IMG/VR virus record: IMGVR_UViG_3300032162_000173
Span: 1-60,149 of that record
DNA length: 60,149 nt
Strand: one strand, 5' to 3'
Source of the DNA: a virus
Lineage: Duplodnaviria; Caudoviricetes
Shown here: positions 36,555-45,454 of the stretch, piece after piece
Layout: each line of letters begins with the position of its first letter
Numbering within the stretch: position 1 is the first letter of the stretch
The notes under the pieces: generated by a model
Database searches by the model: none
The model's input: only the letters and a program-made list of their open reading frames with translations
Told to the model about the DNA's origin: nothing
Made by a program: the position numbers and the translations under genes

Positions 36555-37217
36555 ATGCTGCAAGAGCCGCTAAAAGTAATTCATGCACTTATAATAATGG
36601 TAACCGTTATCATTATTATAACCTTTTTAAGAGGCTGCTTTGCGCCAAAGCCACAACCGCCCGCAACGGTGATTATTAAAATTGACAGCAGTTTTTATAG
36701 TCATACCAATGTTACACCTGTTCAGGCCCAGCCGATTTACATAGGCAGCGGTCAAACCCCTGCATCAGTGAGGGAAAAGGAAACGATTTATCGTATTGAT
36801 ACAGCAGCAACAAAAGAGTTTATGGCGGCACAATATGCTAAGCTCGTGGATGCTTTTTTAAAGAGCAATTATTTTCGGGATACATTAAAAATTGATAGTG
36901 TAGGTTATGTTGCAGTTAATGACACTACGCAAAAAAACATGCTGACGGGCAGGTCCTTTAGTTACAATTTAAAATACCCCATTATCACCAAAACAGTTAC
37001 TGTTACCAATCCGCCCGAAAGGAAAAATCAACTCTATTTATATGGAGGAGTGGAAGGAAATAAAACAGATCCGCTAAAAGGTTTGGGAGTAAGAACCGGC
37101 GTCTTGTTTAAAAACAAAAACGACCGGATGATTTCAGGTGGCATTTCGTTTTGGCCCGGGCACCAAAATCAATTAGATTTTAATTATTATCAAAAAATAA
37201 GTTTCAAAAAAAAGTAA
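36555..37217 (+). CDS. Putative spanin-like lipoprotein/membrane protein
   Basis: Hydrophobic N-terminus ending LRGC, beta-rich C-terminus, lysis cassette context. Confidence 0.5.
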   Translation: MLQEPLKVIHALIIMVTVIIIITFLRGCFAPKPQPPATVIIKIDSSFYSHTNVTPVQAQPIYIGSGQTPASVREKETIYRIDTAATKEFMAAQYAKLVDAFLKSNYFRDTLKIDSVGYVAVNDTTQKNMLTGRSFSYNLKYPIITKTVTVTNPPERKNQLYLYGGVEGNKTDPLKGLGVRTGVLFKNKNDRMISGGISFWPGHQNQLDFNYYQKISFKKK

Positions 37218-37234
37218 TGTTTCATCTCTAATCA

Positions 37235-37270
37235 CCCCTCTCCTCAAGGAGAGGGGCCAGGGGTGAGGTC
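37235..37270 (-). repeat. REP-like palindrome
   Basis: CCCCTCTCCTCAAGGAGAGGGGCCAGGGGTGAGGTC. Confidence 0.8.
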
Positions 37271-37284
37271 AAAAACCAAAGACT

Positions 37285-37860
37285 ATGATAAACCAAACTG
37301 TGTGGGAAACCGAATGGCTGTTGGAATACATTCAAAACAATAAGCTCGAGCTGCATAAAATGTTTATAGATGCAGGCTGCGGCGACGGAATGCACCAAAG
37401 CAATTCACACATCTTCATTAAGCAGGGATGGAATGCTATTCTTATAGATGCACTCCGGTCAAACGTAACCAGGTGCAGCATGCTTTACGAAAATTATAAA
37501 AATGTCACCTGCATCAAAGCGACTCTGTCAGACAAACGCGAAGATGTTTTTTTCAAAGAAGACACGCGTCACTGGTCTCTCTCAAAAATTGATCCCGCAG
37601 AAGGTGTGGCTACCAAATCAATGCGGCTGTCAGACATACTGAAGCTATACGGCGTTACCCAAATTGGTATCTGCAGCATTGATCTTGAAGGGCATGAGAC
37701 AAATGTTCTCACCGACCTTTTGCACAATAGAATTTACCCGCAAATACTCATTGTTGAAGGGAATACGCTGGAGCTTATGCAGCAGCACAGAGAAATGTTA
37801 TCTCCGTTTTACAAATGCATTGGCGGCATTTTCCCTAACCAGTTTTTTATGAAATTATGA
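37285..37860 (+). CDS. FkbM-family SAM-dependent methyltransferase
   Basis: FIDAGCGDG...SNS...GWNAILID and SIDLEGHE motifs. Confidence 0.8.
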   Translation: MINQTVWETEWLLEYIQNNKLELHKMFIDAGCGDGMHQSNSHIFIKQGWNAILIDALRSNVTRCSMLYENYKNVTCIKATLSDKREDVFFKEDTRHWSLSKIDPAEGVATKSMRLSDILKLYGVTQIGICSIDLEGHETNVLTDLLHNRIYPQILIVEGNTLELMQQHREMLSPFYKCIGGIFPNQFFMKL

Positions 37861-37954
37861 AAACGAAAAATTTTTTCGATGCGGGTTCTTGGTCTGCCGA
37901 CCTTGACGGGTGGCGAAAGCATGATTATGTTAATAAGCTTGTTTTGTTAAAAAA

Positions 37955-38584
37955 ATGAGTAGTGGAGCCAACATAGCATCCATTAACCGGTCAAAGTTTT
38001 ATGAACATGCCCGTAATAATATTTTTGCCGGTAAGCTCAAAGTTTCCCAGGTACGGGGCATGGAAGCAGACCTCGACGAATGGGAGAAGCACGACTACAA
38101 AGACGGGCGCTGGCTTGCTTATATGCTGGCTACCGAGTATCACGAGACCTGCGGCGCCATGCAGCCCGTTAGTGAGATTGGAAGAGGCAAAGGGCGCGAC
38201 TACGGCAAAAAATTGAAAATGGGCGGCGGCCCCGGCAAGCGATTACCATACACGCAGCCCAACCAATATTATTTTGGCAGGGGAAAAGTGCAGGTTACCT
38301 GGTACGAAAATTACCAGCTCATGGGCAGGTTATTAGGTTTGGATCTGCTCAACAATCCAACTCTTGCATTAGAGATGGATGTATCGGTTAAAATTATGTT
38401 TGAAGGGATGCTGCAAGCCTCGTCATCATTCGGTGATTTTACCGGAAGATCTCTGGAGCATTATTTTAACAAGAATACCGAAGACTGGTTCAACGCCAGG
38501 CGAATTATTAATGGCCTGGATTGCGCAGCAAAAATCGCCAAAAATGCAAAAATATTCTACGCTGGGCTGCAAATAGCAGCATAG
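37955..38584 (+). CDS. Endolysin, GH19/chitinase-like lysozyme fold
   Basis: LAYMLAT.YHET, YFGRGKVQVTWYENY and ARRIING motifs. Confidence 0.88.
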   Translation: MSSGANIASINRSKFYEHARNNIFAGKLKVSQVRGMEADLDEWEKHDYKDGRWLAYMLATEYHETCGAMQPVSEIGRGKGRDYGKKLKMGGGPGKRLPYTQPNQYYFGRGKVQVTWYENYQLMGRLLGLDLLNNPTLALEMDVSVKIMFEGMLQASSSFGDFTGRSLEHYFNKNTEDWFNARRIINGLDCAAKIAKNAKIFYAGLQIAA

Positions 38585-39035
38585 CAAAACCAATAAATAA
38601 ATTGATAAGTATAAAATAAGGCAATTCTATTGCGCAAATCAGTAAAGAATGCAAAAAAATATTACATGCTGCCATAAGTATCGCAGCATGACAAACGCTG
38701 TGTTTCATAGCAGTTGATTTTGGTTTAGCCCGTTTGTCTACATCCGGGCTTTTTTTTATTTATCTTGCTAACATGAAAAAAAATATTCTTTCTGCAATTT
38801 TATTAGTATTAGTAGTTGTCAATTCGATATTTTTATTTATCAATATCCACAAATACGATTATGCAAAAGAAAATACAGTAACTATTAATGCCACTGAAGA
38901 TATAGCTATGCCCGATTTATTACAAGCGCAAAACAGGGTATGACGGTATTCAGCTAATAGTTGAAAAAGGAAAATTAGAAGCCAATTTCTGCTATCCAAA
39001 TAAATGTGAGTTTGATAATTTAAACTATAAAACAA

Positions 39036-39509
39036 ATGAAAAACCTTAAAATCATCAGTGTTTTGTCCATGTTCCTGTCAAGTGCTTTATTTGTAAATGC
39101 ACAACATAAACCATCGCAAAGACTTGTATTATCAGATAGTGGTGATCTTGTATCACAAGATACATCAAGGGTAAAATTTGAAATACTGGATAAAAACCGC
39201 TTAACCGGTTTTTCTATGAGTAACACTAAAATGCGCGCATTTGCAGTTAATGATAGCGGCGGGAGAAGAGTTGCAACTTTATATACAGACGGCTCGTTGG
39301 TAGTAAAAGATAGTCTTGCTGCAATAAAATCACTTATGGTTGCAGCTGAACATTATATTAATGATCATGTTTGGTATGACAGATTCCAAGCTGCTGCCAA
39401 AATATTAAACTATGTAAACGTAGATGGCTCTGTACATCATAAGAAAAATTTTGATGCAGCTGTTAAAGAGTACAGAAAGTTAATGAAAGTACCTGATGAC
39501 ATCCATTAA
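39036..39509 (+). CDS. Hypothetical protein with a signal peptide
   Basis: MKNLKIISVLSMFLSSALFVNA|Q. Confidence 0.6.
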   Translation: MKNLKIISVLSMFLSSALFVNAQHKPSQRLVLSDSGDLVSQDTSRVKFEILDKNRLTGFSMSNTKMRAFAVNDSGGRRVATLYTDGSLVVKDSLAAIKSLMVAAEHYINDHVWYDRFQAAAKILNYVNVDGSVHHKKNFDAAVKEYRKLMKVPDDIH

Positions 39510-40380
39510 TCTCTTTATGCCCGGAAAATTAAATGCACACCTGCAGTTTCCAACAGCCTGGGATGAATTATTGCCGGCCGAGGTTATAGAGATAAGCCGC
39601 CAGCAATTGATTTCGGCAAACAACCTGCATGCACAAAAAGCAAGCATTGTATGCTTCATTATAGAGTCGCGGGCAAAAGAACAAAAAGTAAAGCTTCCCC
39701 GCGACTGGGTTAGCATAATGGATCCGGAACAGATGGTGATAAACGGGTATACGCTGTTAGAATTCATTTATGCAGAAAACGCATTAACAAAAGCGCCTGA
39801 GAGCCGCATACATCTTCCCGGATTATTTTCTCCCGTCGTTTATTCGCCCAGGGAGGGATTTCAAAGTATGACCTGCGGCGAATTTGAAGATGCCGAAACA
39901 CGTTTCTACGAATTTATAGAAACCCCAACCCCCGAACCCTTGGCGCATCTCGCTTCCATCCTATGGCGTCCAAAGTATTCCCCCCTCTCCCTTGGAGAGG
40001 GCCGGGGTGAGGTCAAACCATACATCCGCCGAAAACCTAACGGTGAATTCAGCACTTACAACGCTGAAAAACTATTTAAAAAATTTATTAAGCTGGCCCC
40101 ATGGCAGTTGTACGCCATTTTCACCTGGTATCACGGCAGCCGAAACCAGTTGCCCATCATGTTTCCGACCGTACACGAAACACATGGCGAAGCCAAAAAC
40201 GACGAACCCGATATCATGGCTTTCACCAAATGCATTCACTCTGGCGCCGGCCCAAAAAACGGAACCCGGAACGACATCCGCCGTACATTGCTTTTTGAAT
40301 ATATGTACGAAATGGAGCAGGAAGCCATCAAGGCAAATGAGATGAGAGAAGAATACGATCGCATGAAAACACAAACCTGA
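39496..40380 (+). CDS. Putative tail assembly chaperone-like protein containing an in-frame REP-like insertion
   Basis: PTAWDEL and MTCGEFEDAE motifs. REP copy at 39980-40014 is translated as SPLSLGEGRGEV. Confidence 0.55.
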   Translation: MTSINLFMPGKLNAHLQFPTAWDELLPAEVIEISRQQLISANNLHAQKASIVCFIIESRAKEQKVKLPRDWVSIMDPEQMVINGYTLLEFIYAENALTKAPESRIHLPGLFSPVVYSPREGFQSMTCGEFEDAETRFYEFIETPTPEPLAHLASILWRPKYSPLSLGEGRGEVKPYIRRKPNGEFSTYNAEKLFKKFIKLAPWQLYAIFTWYHGSRNQLPIMFPTVHETHGEAKNDEPDIMAFTKCIHSGAGPKNGTRNDIRRTLLFEYMYEMEQEAIKANEMREEYDRMKTQT

Positions 40381-40405
40381 TTTTTAAAAATTAAAAAAAT
40401 CTCCA

Positions 40406-40437
40406 CCCTCTCCTCCCGGAGAGGGCAGGGTGAGGTC
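40406..40437 (-). repeat. REP-like palindrome
   Basis: CCCTCTCCTCCCGGAGAGGGCAGGGTGAGGTC. Confidence 0.8.
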
Positions 40438-40445
40438 AACCAACC

Positions 40446-40991
40446 ATGGATAACAACGTAACCGGCTACATAGATTACTTCAGGCAGCTTGCCGTGAGCC
40501 ACAAAGACCTGCAGCATAAGCCAGCAAGCGAAACAGGAGACTGTCTCCCGGGCGATATGCGCTTTACAAAAATATCTGTTGAGCAGGTGCTCAAAGGGCT
40601 GCACAGCAAAATCGGTTTTCCCTGCTTAACGCTCGAGCTGTATACCACGGACACAGAAAGCGAGATAGTATACGAAGTAAAGCAAAAGCCCCGCGGCGCC
40701 TTCATGGTCGTTGACCACCCTGAAAACGATACCAACGCCGCCGAAGAAAAATGTTACGAAATAGCAGAAACCATTGTTTTGCAAATCCTCAAACAGATAT
40801 GGCAGGATCATTACGGGGTCGGTGTTAACCGCTGCGCCACGCCTTTCAAAGAATTTGTGTACGACAAAATAAGCATAACGCCAGTAGGTCCTATTTTCAG
40901 CAACGAGCACGGCTGGCGTGTAGAGTTCGATTTTGAATTTCAAAACATAATAGATATAACAGAAGCTCCCGAAGAAGGAATATTCACATAG
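40446..40991 (+). CDS. Putative tail terminator/completion protein
   Basis: Size, position and the acidic C-terminal GWRVEFDFE. Confidence 0.5.
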   Translation: MDNNVTGYIDYFRQLAVSHKDLQHKPASETGDCLPGDMRFTKISVEQVLKGLHSKIGFPCLTLELYTTDTESEIVYEVKQKPRGAFMVVDHPENDTNAAEEKCYEIAETIVLQILKQIWQDHYGVGVNRCATPFKEFVYDKISITPVGPIFSNEHGWRVEFDFEFQNIIDITEAPEEGIFT

Positions 40992-40992
40992 T

Positions 40993-41026
40993 CCCCTCTC
41001 CCTTGGAGAGGGCGGAGGGTGAGGTC
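40993..41026 (-). repeat. REP-like palindrome
   Basis: CCCCTCTCCCTTGGAGAGGGCGGAGGGTGAGGTC. Confidence 0.8.
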
Positions 41027-41031
41027 AAAAA

Positions 41032-41478
41032 ATGGACTTAAAAACAACATTCATACAACAAGCCCTTGCCCAGTATATGCAGGACGTTATTGCAGCCATG
41101 AAAATTGCCGCAAAGCGTGCCGGCGTGGGCGTTACCAACGAGGCAATCGAGTCGCTCAGCTACGAAGCTTTGCAGTTAGATAGCGGCGGCAAAGCAACCC
41201 TTTCTTTTCTCGACTATCTCAGGTATGTAGATATGGGTGTCGGCCGCGCCCACCCGCTCGGCGGTTTAAAAGCCATGCGTGTAGCCCTGCAAAGCCGCCA
41301 ACAGGAAGGGCTTGCACTGGTAAAAGACCGGGTTCGTAAACCAAAAAAAATATATAGCAAGATTGCTTACGGCAAGCTCACGTGGCTCGAGAACAAACTG
41401 CTGCACGGATATACCGATGAAACTATTGCCACGCTTAAATCTGAGCTGGAAAATAAATCTATAGCTGGGAGTCAATAA
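41032..41478 (+). CDS. Putative neck/tail-completion protein
   Basis: FLDYLRYVDMGVGR...RKPKKIYSK; basic protein in the tail module. Confidence 0.55.
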   Translation: MDLKTTFIQQALAQYMQDVIAAMKIAAKRAGVGVTNEAIESLSYEALQLDSGGKATLSFLDYLRYVDMGVGRAHPLGGLKAMRVALQSRQQEGLALVKDRVRKPKKIYSKIAYGKLTWLENKLLHGYTDETIATLKSELENKSIAGSQ

Positions 41479-41518
41479 ATTTTTTGCGCCATTATAAAAA
41501 GTTTACCTACTTTTATTG

Positions 41519-41690
41519 TGCAAACCGTTTTTAAATTCTATGACTCTTTTAACAGCAACATTTAATCCTAAAATTTTTGGCCGGCACACGGGTGTAAGTC
41601 CTGTAACTTTTTTGTTGCGAGTCAACGAAACGCGTTTGCAGTGACCGGCCATATTATTTATCATCCTAAATTTTAAAAAAATGCAAACGC
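41519..41690 (+). ncRNA. Structured leader or antisense RNA (c4-like architecture)
   Basis: TGCAAAC (41519) pairs with GTTTGCA (41634). TGGCCGGCAC (41578) pairs with GTGACCGGCCA (41641). TGCAAAC recurs at the ATG of a 25-codon ORF (41681). Confidence 0.5.
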
Positions 41691-41754
41691 AAAAAAAATG
41701 GTCGAAAAAAGCTTTATTGAAACTACTTTGTTTTAACCTCTTAAAACCAACATC

Positions 41755-41883
41755 ATGAAAGTCAATTTGCTTCTTATTTGGAATTACTTACCTGTTGTCA
41801 ACACCTTCCTGACAATCCTTGGTATAGCGTTAATCGCGCTATTTATCCGCTTTATCATCAAATCATTTTTAAAAAGACAATAA
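41755..41883 (+). CDS. Small membrane peptide (42 aa)
   Basis: Read by hand: MKVNLLLIWNYLPVVNTFLTILGIALIALFIRFIIKSFLKRQ*. Confidence 0.5.
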   Translation: MKVNLLLIWNYLPVVNTFLTILGIALIALFIRFIIKSFLKRQ

Positions 41884-41893
41884 CAAAAATGTT

Positions 41894-42559
41894 ATGAATA
41901 AAATACTTATTTCTTTACTCATGGTTTTTTTGGTCAGTTCATGCAAAAAATCAGATAATCTGACTGTCTTTAAGCAAATTTCACCTCAGCAAAATGCTTC
42001 CAATGATATAGCTAAATATCTTGGTTTGCAAGAAGTGAAAATTTTACCGGCTGCATCAAATGCACAGGTCTTTTCAAAAGAAGAGGCGCTAAAGTTTATA
42101 CAGCAGCACCAGTTAACCGGTTACTTCATCAACCACCATAGGGTGGCGTCTAAAGAAGCTGCTGTCGGCGACGATGCAGGCGTTGAAATTTTTGGAACAG
42201 ACGCAAGACCACACGATCCATATGCTACACATGGCGGGGGCGGTACTGATTGGTGGGGTTTAAACGGGATGTCTGTTACCTTTAATTGGGGATATGATCC
42301 TAATGGGAACATTGTTACCTCAGATTGGAGTGCAACAATGATTGGCGTATTTTTATTTATTGGTTATGAATACAAAAGCACATCAAAAACAGTTGATGAA
42401 AATGGCGTTATTCATTACACGGTTGCCGGATACCAAACATACGGACTGACTGTTGAAGGAGTCGGATTAATAACCGGACGACAATCTGTTAGAATCCATG
42501 GTACGTATGATACTAAAACCGGAGCATCTACTACCCATTACACACCAGGGACTGATTAG
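41894..42559 (+). CDS. Lipoprotein (moron)
   Basis: Lipobox LVSSC followed by KKSD, similar to the Bacteroidota lipoprotein export signal. Confidence 0.75.
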   Translation: MNKILISLLMVFLVSSCKKSDNLTVFKQISPQQNASNDIAKYLGLQEVKILPAASNAQVFSKEEALKFIQQHQLTGYFINHHRVASKEAAVGDDAGVEIFGTDARPHDPYATHGGGGTDWWGLNGMSVTFNWGYDPNGNIVTSDWSATMIGVFLFIGYEYKSTSKTVDENGVIHYTVAGYQTYGLTVEGVGLITGRQSVRIHGTYDTKTGASTTHYTPGTD

Positions 42560-42600
42560 TGAAATAATTTTGATGGACTTGATAACCCATAACGTCAAAT

Positions 42601-42629
42601 AAAAAGCCCTGCATCCGCAGGGCTTTTTT
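42601..42629. terminator. Bidirectional intrinsic terminator
   Basis: AAAAAGCCCTGC-atcc-GCAGGGCTTTTTT. Confidence 0.75.
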
Positions 42630-42648
42630 ATTTATCATTATTTCTCTT

Positions 42649-42683
42649 GTCCTTTTTTGCAATATGGCACCATATCATTTTTG
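42649..42683 (+). promoter_or_regulatory. Putative late promoter
   Basis: GTCCTTT at 42649 and CATTTTTG at 42676. Confidence 0.65.
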
Positions 42684-42724
42684 TAATATCCCAAAGCCAC
42701 CATAAAAAAAGCCCGTCCGCTTTT

Positions 42725-42764
42725 CCTTCTCCTAAAGGAGAAGGTGCCCAAAGGGCGGATGAGG
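42725..42764 (-). repeat. REP-like palindrome variant
   Basis: CCTTCTCCTAAAGGAGAAGGTGCCCAAAGGGCGGATGAGG. Confidence 0.65.
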
Positions 42765-42780
42765 TGGCGCCGGGCGCTAA

Positions 42781-45066
42781 ATGCAAGCATACCTGATCAA
42801 AAAGCCTTTCGAAGTATCCTTTTCGGGCAATCCCATGCCCTTCGCGTTTGCGATTTTTCCATATAGCGAGGCTGAAAAGAGCCAGGACATCAGGCTGATC
42901 ATAAAAGTGCTTATAGAAAAAGATTACAACACAGGCACATTCACCGAAGTTCGCGGCCAGACCTTTTACCCTGACGCCGACGGTATGATCAGCCTCGACA
43001 TACATACCATCGTAGACCCATACCTCAGTTATTTTTTACCAGGCCTCAAATTGTCAAAGCCCGTGATGGCCAATAGCCAGCGCAAGCGGTATAAAATAAC
43101 TTACCTGCTTACTAAAGATGGCGAAAATGTAGGCACGATAGCCGAATCAGCCATGCTGCACGCTATAAAAGGCGGAATGGCTTATGAGCAATGGCACCCG
43201 TCAGATTTTTTTAAAAAAATTATTGGCCAGCAAAAGCAGTCTTTACGCTATAACGCACCCGGCGAAAAAGTATTTGCCGACGAGATAAAGTATTTATACT
43301 GGCTCTACAACGCCCAGCCGGATATTCTGGTGCTCGAAGATGGCAGCTATGTAGACGACGGCAGCGGTAATGGTATCTTAATCGGTGAGTATACGCTCCC
43401 GCTGCAGGTAATATTTAACGTGCTGGATAACACCGGTGCAGTATATACGTACGCACTGCCTGTAACGCTTACCTGCGACAAATGGAGCATTGGCTGTGCG
43501 CCTGCCGGTTTTAACCAGACCGGGCTGCAGGCATTGGTGCCAGACGGTAATTACGCAGTCTCGTATACTGTGGAGGTAGTATCGGAGTCGGCGCAGGTAG
43601 TGGCTCCCGTGACGTTTTTGCTTGAGTATAGAAATTTTTACCGCACATCCACGTTGTTGTACCGCAACAGTTTGGGCAGTCTTGAAACCATTGTTTTGCG
43701 CGGCCAGGTAGACGCCATGGCCGATTATGACCGGCAGCAGGCCCAGCAATCAGTGCCGCCGGATTACTTCCAAAAAATGACCGTGCTGCCGCAGGTGACA
43801 GACAATGTGAGTGAGGAATCCGCAAAGTTTAAAGGCGATACCGGCTTCCTCAGCCGCCAGGCTGCAGACAAGCTGAGAGACCTTTTTTTATCACCGCAAA
43901 AATATGAGCTCGTAGATGGAAAGTTGCTGCCAGTCGTCATAAATACCAAAAGCACTACGTTTTACACCAATCGCGACTCACTGATAAGTACGCAGATCGA
44001 GTGGCAGCATGCTTTTAACAACCGGTTTTTTACACCACGAATGCTGATGCCATCTTCCGCAGACAGCGCGTGCCCGCCCGTAGAAAGCTTTGAGGTAACC
44101 ATAATCAGCAGAGACAGCTATCTGATCATGTATTCCCTGCAGATACCCTACGACCAGGTACAGGTAGAGGTAAGGCCGAAAGTAGTAGACAATCCGATTT
44201 CAGGCCCGGGCGGCATACTGAATAACCGTGTGTACACATATACGTATACAGGTAATGCCCGGTCTGTGCTGCTAAATATAAATCTGCCTGATATCGTTCT
44301 TTTTAAGACAATAGAAATCACAGCCCGTACCATTTGTGACGCTGACAGCAACCCGGTCAGCCTGGGGCCATCTACCGTTATCACCATTCCTTTAATAGCA
44401 AAGCAGCCGCCCGTAGTCGCCGACAATACCTATACCATAGATGCAGGACATACTGCCTACGTTACGCTGCCCGGCTCGGTGCTGGCAGACGACTACGACC
44501 CAGACGGCAATGCTATAGAGGCAGTGCCATTTACGGGGGGTACAGCGGTTGGCGGCTTTTATATTATATATGCCGACGGTACGGTTAATTACCTGCCACA
44601 GTCTGCCGCATTTGCCGGGAGCGATTATTTCGACTACCAGGTAAGAGAAGTGGGCAGCACGGAAACCGTGACCGGCCGGGTAAACATAAACGTAGTAGCC
44701 GTGGGCGCAGTGGTAACCAATGTTTACGCAAAGCTGGTGTACAGAAATGTGGTAGAGAGCAGCAATTTTGACGGCCGATATAAAAAGGGTGAAATATGGA
44801 TTGATGTTTTCAATGACCCTGCCGGTACAATACCCGCAACCGTTGCCGGGATCGCTGTCAACACAGAGGTAAAAGTGCATCAGCGCTCACATAGCAATAT
44901 CACTATTGACAAAACCACCAATACCCCTTATACCATTACCGGCACACAGATTAAAATTTATGATGGCCCTATTTCAACATTTGAGTTCCCTGGCATCTTT
45001 CAATACAGTTCTGAATACCAACGTGACACAAAATTACTTGCAGGTACAGGCTATGTTGTGATATAA
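42781..45066 (+). CDS. Tail structural protein with an Ig-like/cadherin-like domain
   Basis: YRNSLGSLET..G tail motif and PPVVADNTY...VLADDYDPDG...F.GSDYFDYQV Ig-like repeat. Confidence 0.65.
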   Translation: MQAYLIKKPFEVSFSGNPMPFAFAIFPYSEAEKSQDIRLIIKVLIEKDYNTGTFTEVRGQTFYPDADGMISLDIHTIVDPYLSYFLPGLKLSKPVMANSQRKRYKITYLLTKDGENVGTIAESAMLHAIKGGMAYEQWHPSDFFKKIIGQQKQSLRYNAPGEKVFADEIKYLYWLYNAQPDILVLEDGSYVDDGSGNGILIGEYTLPLQVIFNVLDNTGAVYTYALPVTLTCDKWSIGCAPAGFNQTGLQALVPDGNYAVSYTVEVVSESAQVVAPVTFLLEYRNFYRTSTLLYRNSLGSLETIVLRGQVDAMADYDRQQAQQSVPPDYFQKMTVLPQVTDNVSEESAKFKGDTGFLSRQAADKLRDLFLSPQKYELVDGKLLPVVINTKSTTFYTNRDSLISTQIEWQHAFNNRFFTPRMLMPSSADSACPPVESFEVTIISRDSYLIMYSLQIPYDQVQVEVRPKVVDNPISGPGGILNNRVYTYTYTGNARSVLLNINLPDIVLFKTIEITARTICDADSNPVSLGPSTVITIPLIAKQPPVVADNTYTIDAGHTAYVTLPGSVLADDYDPDGNAIEAVPFTGGTAVGGFYIIYADGTVNYLPQSAAFAGSDYFDYQVREVGSTETVTGRVNINVVAVGAVVTNVYAKLVYRNVVESSNFDGRYKKGEIWIDVFNDPAGTIPATVAGIAVNTEVKVHQRSHSNITIDKTTNTPYTITGTQIKIYDGPISTFEFPGIFQYSSEYQRDTKLLAGTGYVVI

Positions 45067-45096
45067 AAATGTATATCTTGGCAGTATAATCAGCTC

Positions 45097-45381
45097 TTGT
45101 TAATGACAAGCCTTAAAATGTACATAAACGGCGTTTTTTACGATAAGGCAATGCTGAAGAGTGTAAAGGACTTGTCTGTAAAAGAAACTGAAAACTACTA
45201 TGGCGACGTTGCCGCATACCTGAGCCGCAAGCACAAAAAAGATATAAAAAGCCTGGGCATACAACCAGACTTTTACGTACAGCTCCCCAGCCTTCTTAAT
45301 GAAATGTATGTCTCAGAAATTGAATTGACAGAATTCGATGAAGAAATCAAAAGGAGAAGGCAGTTGGTACGGGCTGTGTAG
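45097..45381 (+). CDS. Hypothetical protein
   Basis: ORF before the tape measure gene. Confidence 0.5.
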   Translation: MLMTSLKMYINGVFYDKAMLKSVKDLSVKETENYYGDVAAYLSRKHKKDIKSLGIQPDFYVQLPSLLNEMYVSEIELTEFDEEIKRRRQLVRAV

Positions 45382-45385
45382 CCTT

Positions 45386-45420
45386 GTCCTTTTCTCAGCC
45401 AAGATGCAGAATGAAATTTA
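45386..45420 (+). promoter_or_regulatory. Putative late promoter
   Basis: GTCCTTT at 45386 and a degenerate GAAATTTA at 45413. Confidence 0.55.
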
Positions 45421-45454
45421 TAGCCTCACCTAACAATCCGGTGAGGCTTTTTTC

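Noticed and set aside
38508-38943. Hydrophobic small ORFs after the endolysin as a type I toxin-antitoxin pair
   Set aside because: Hydrophobicity is the only support; no antisense RNA arrangement could be identified.
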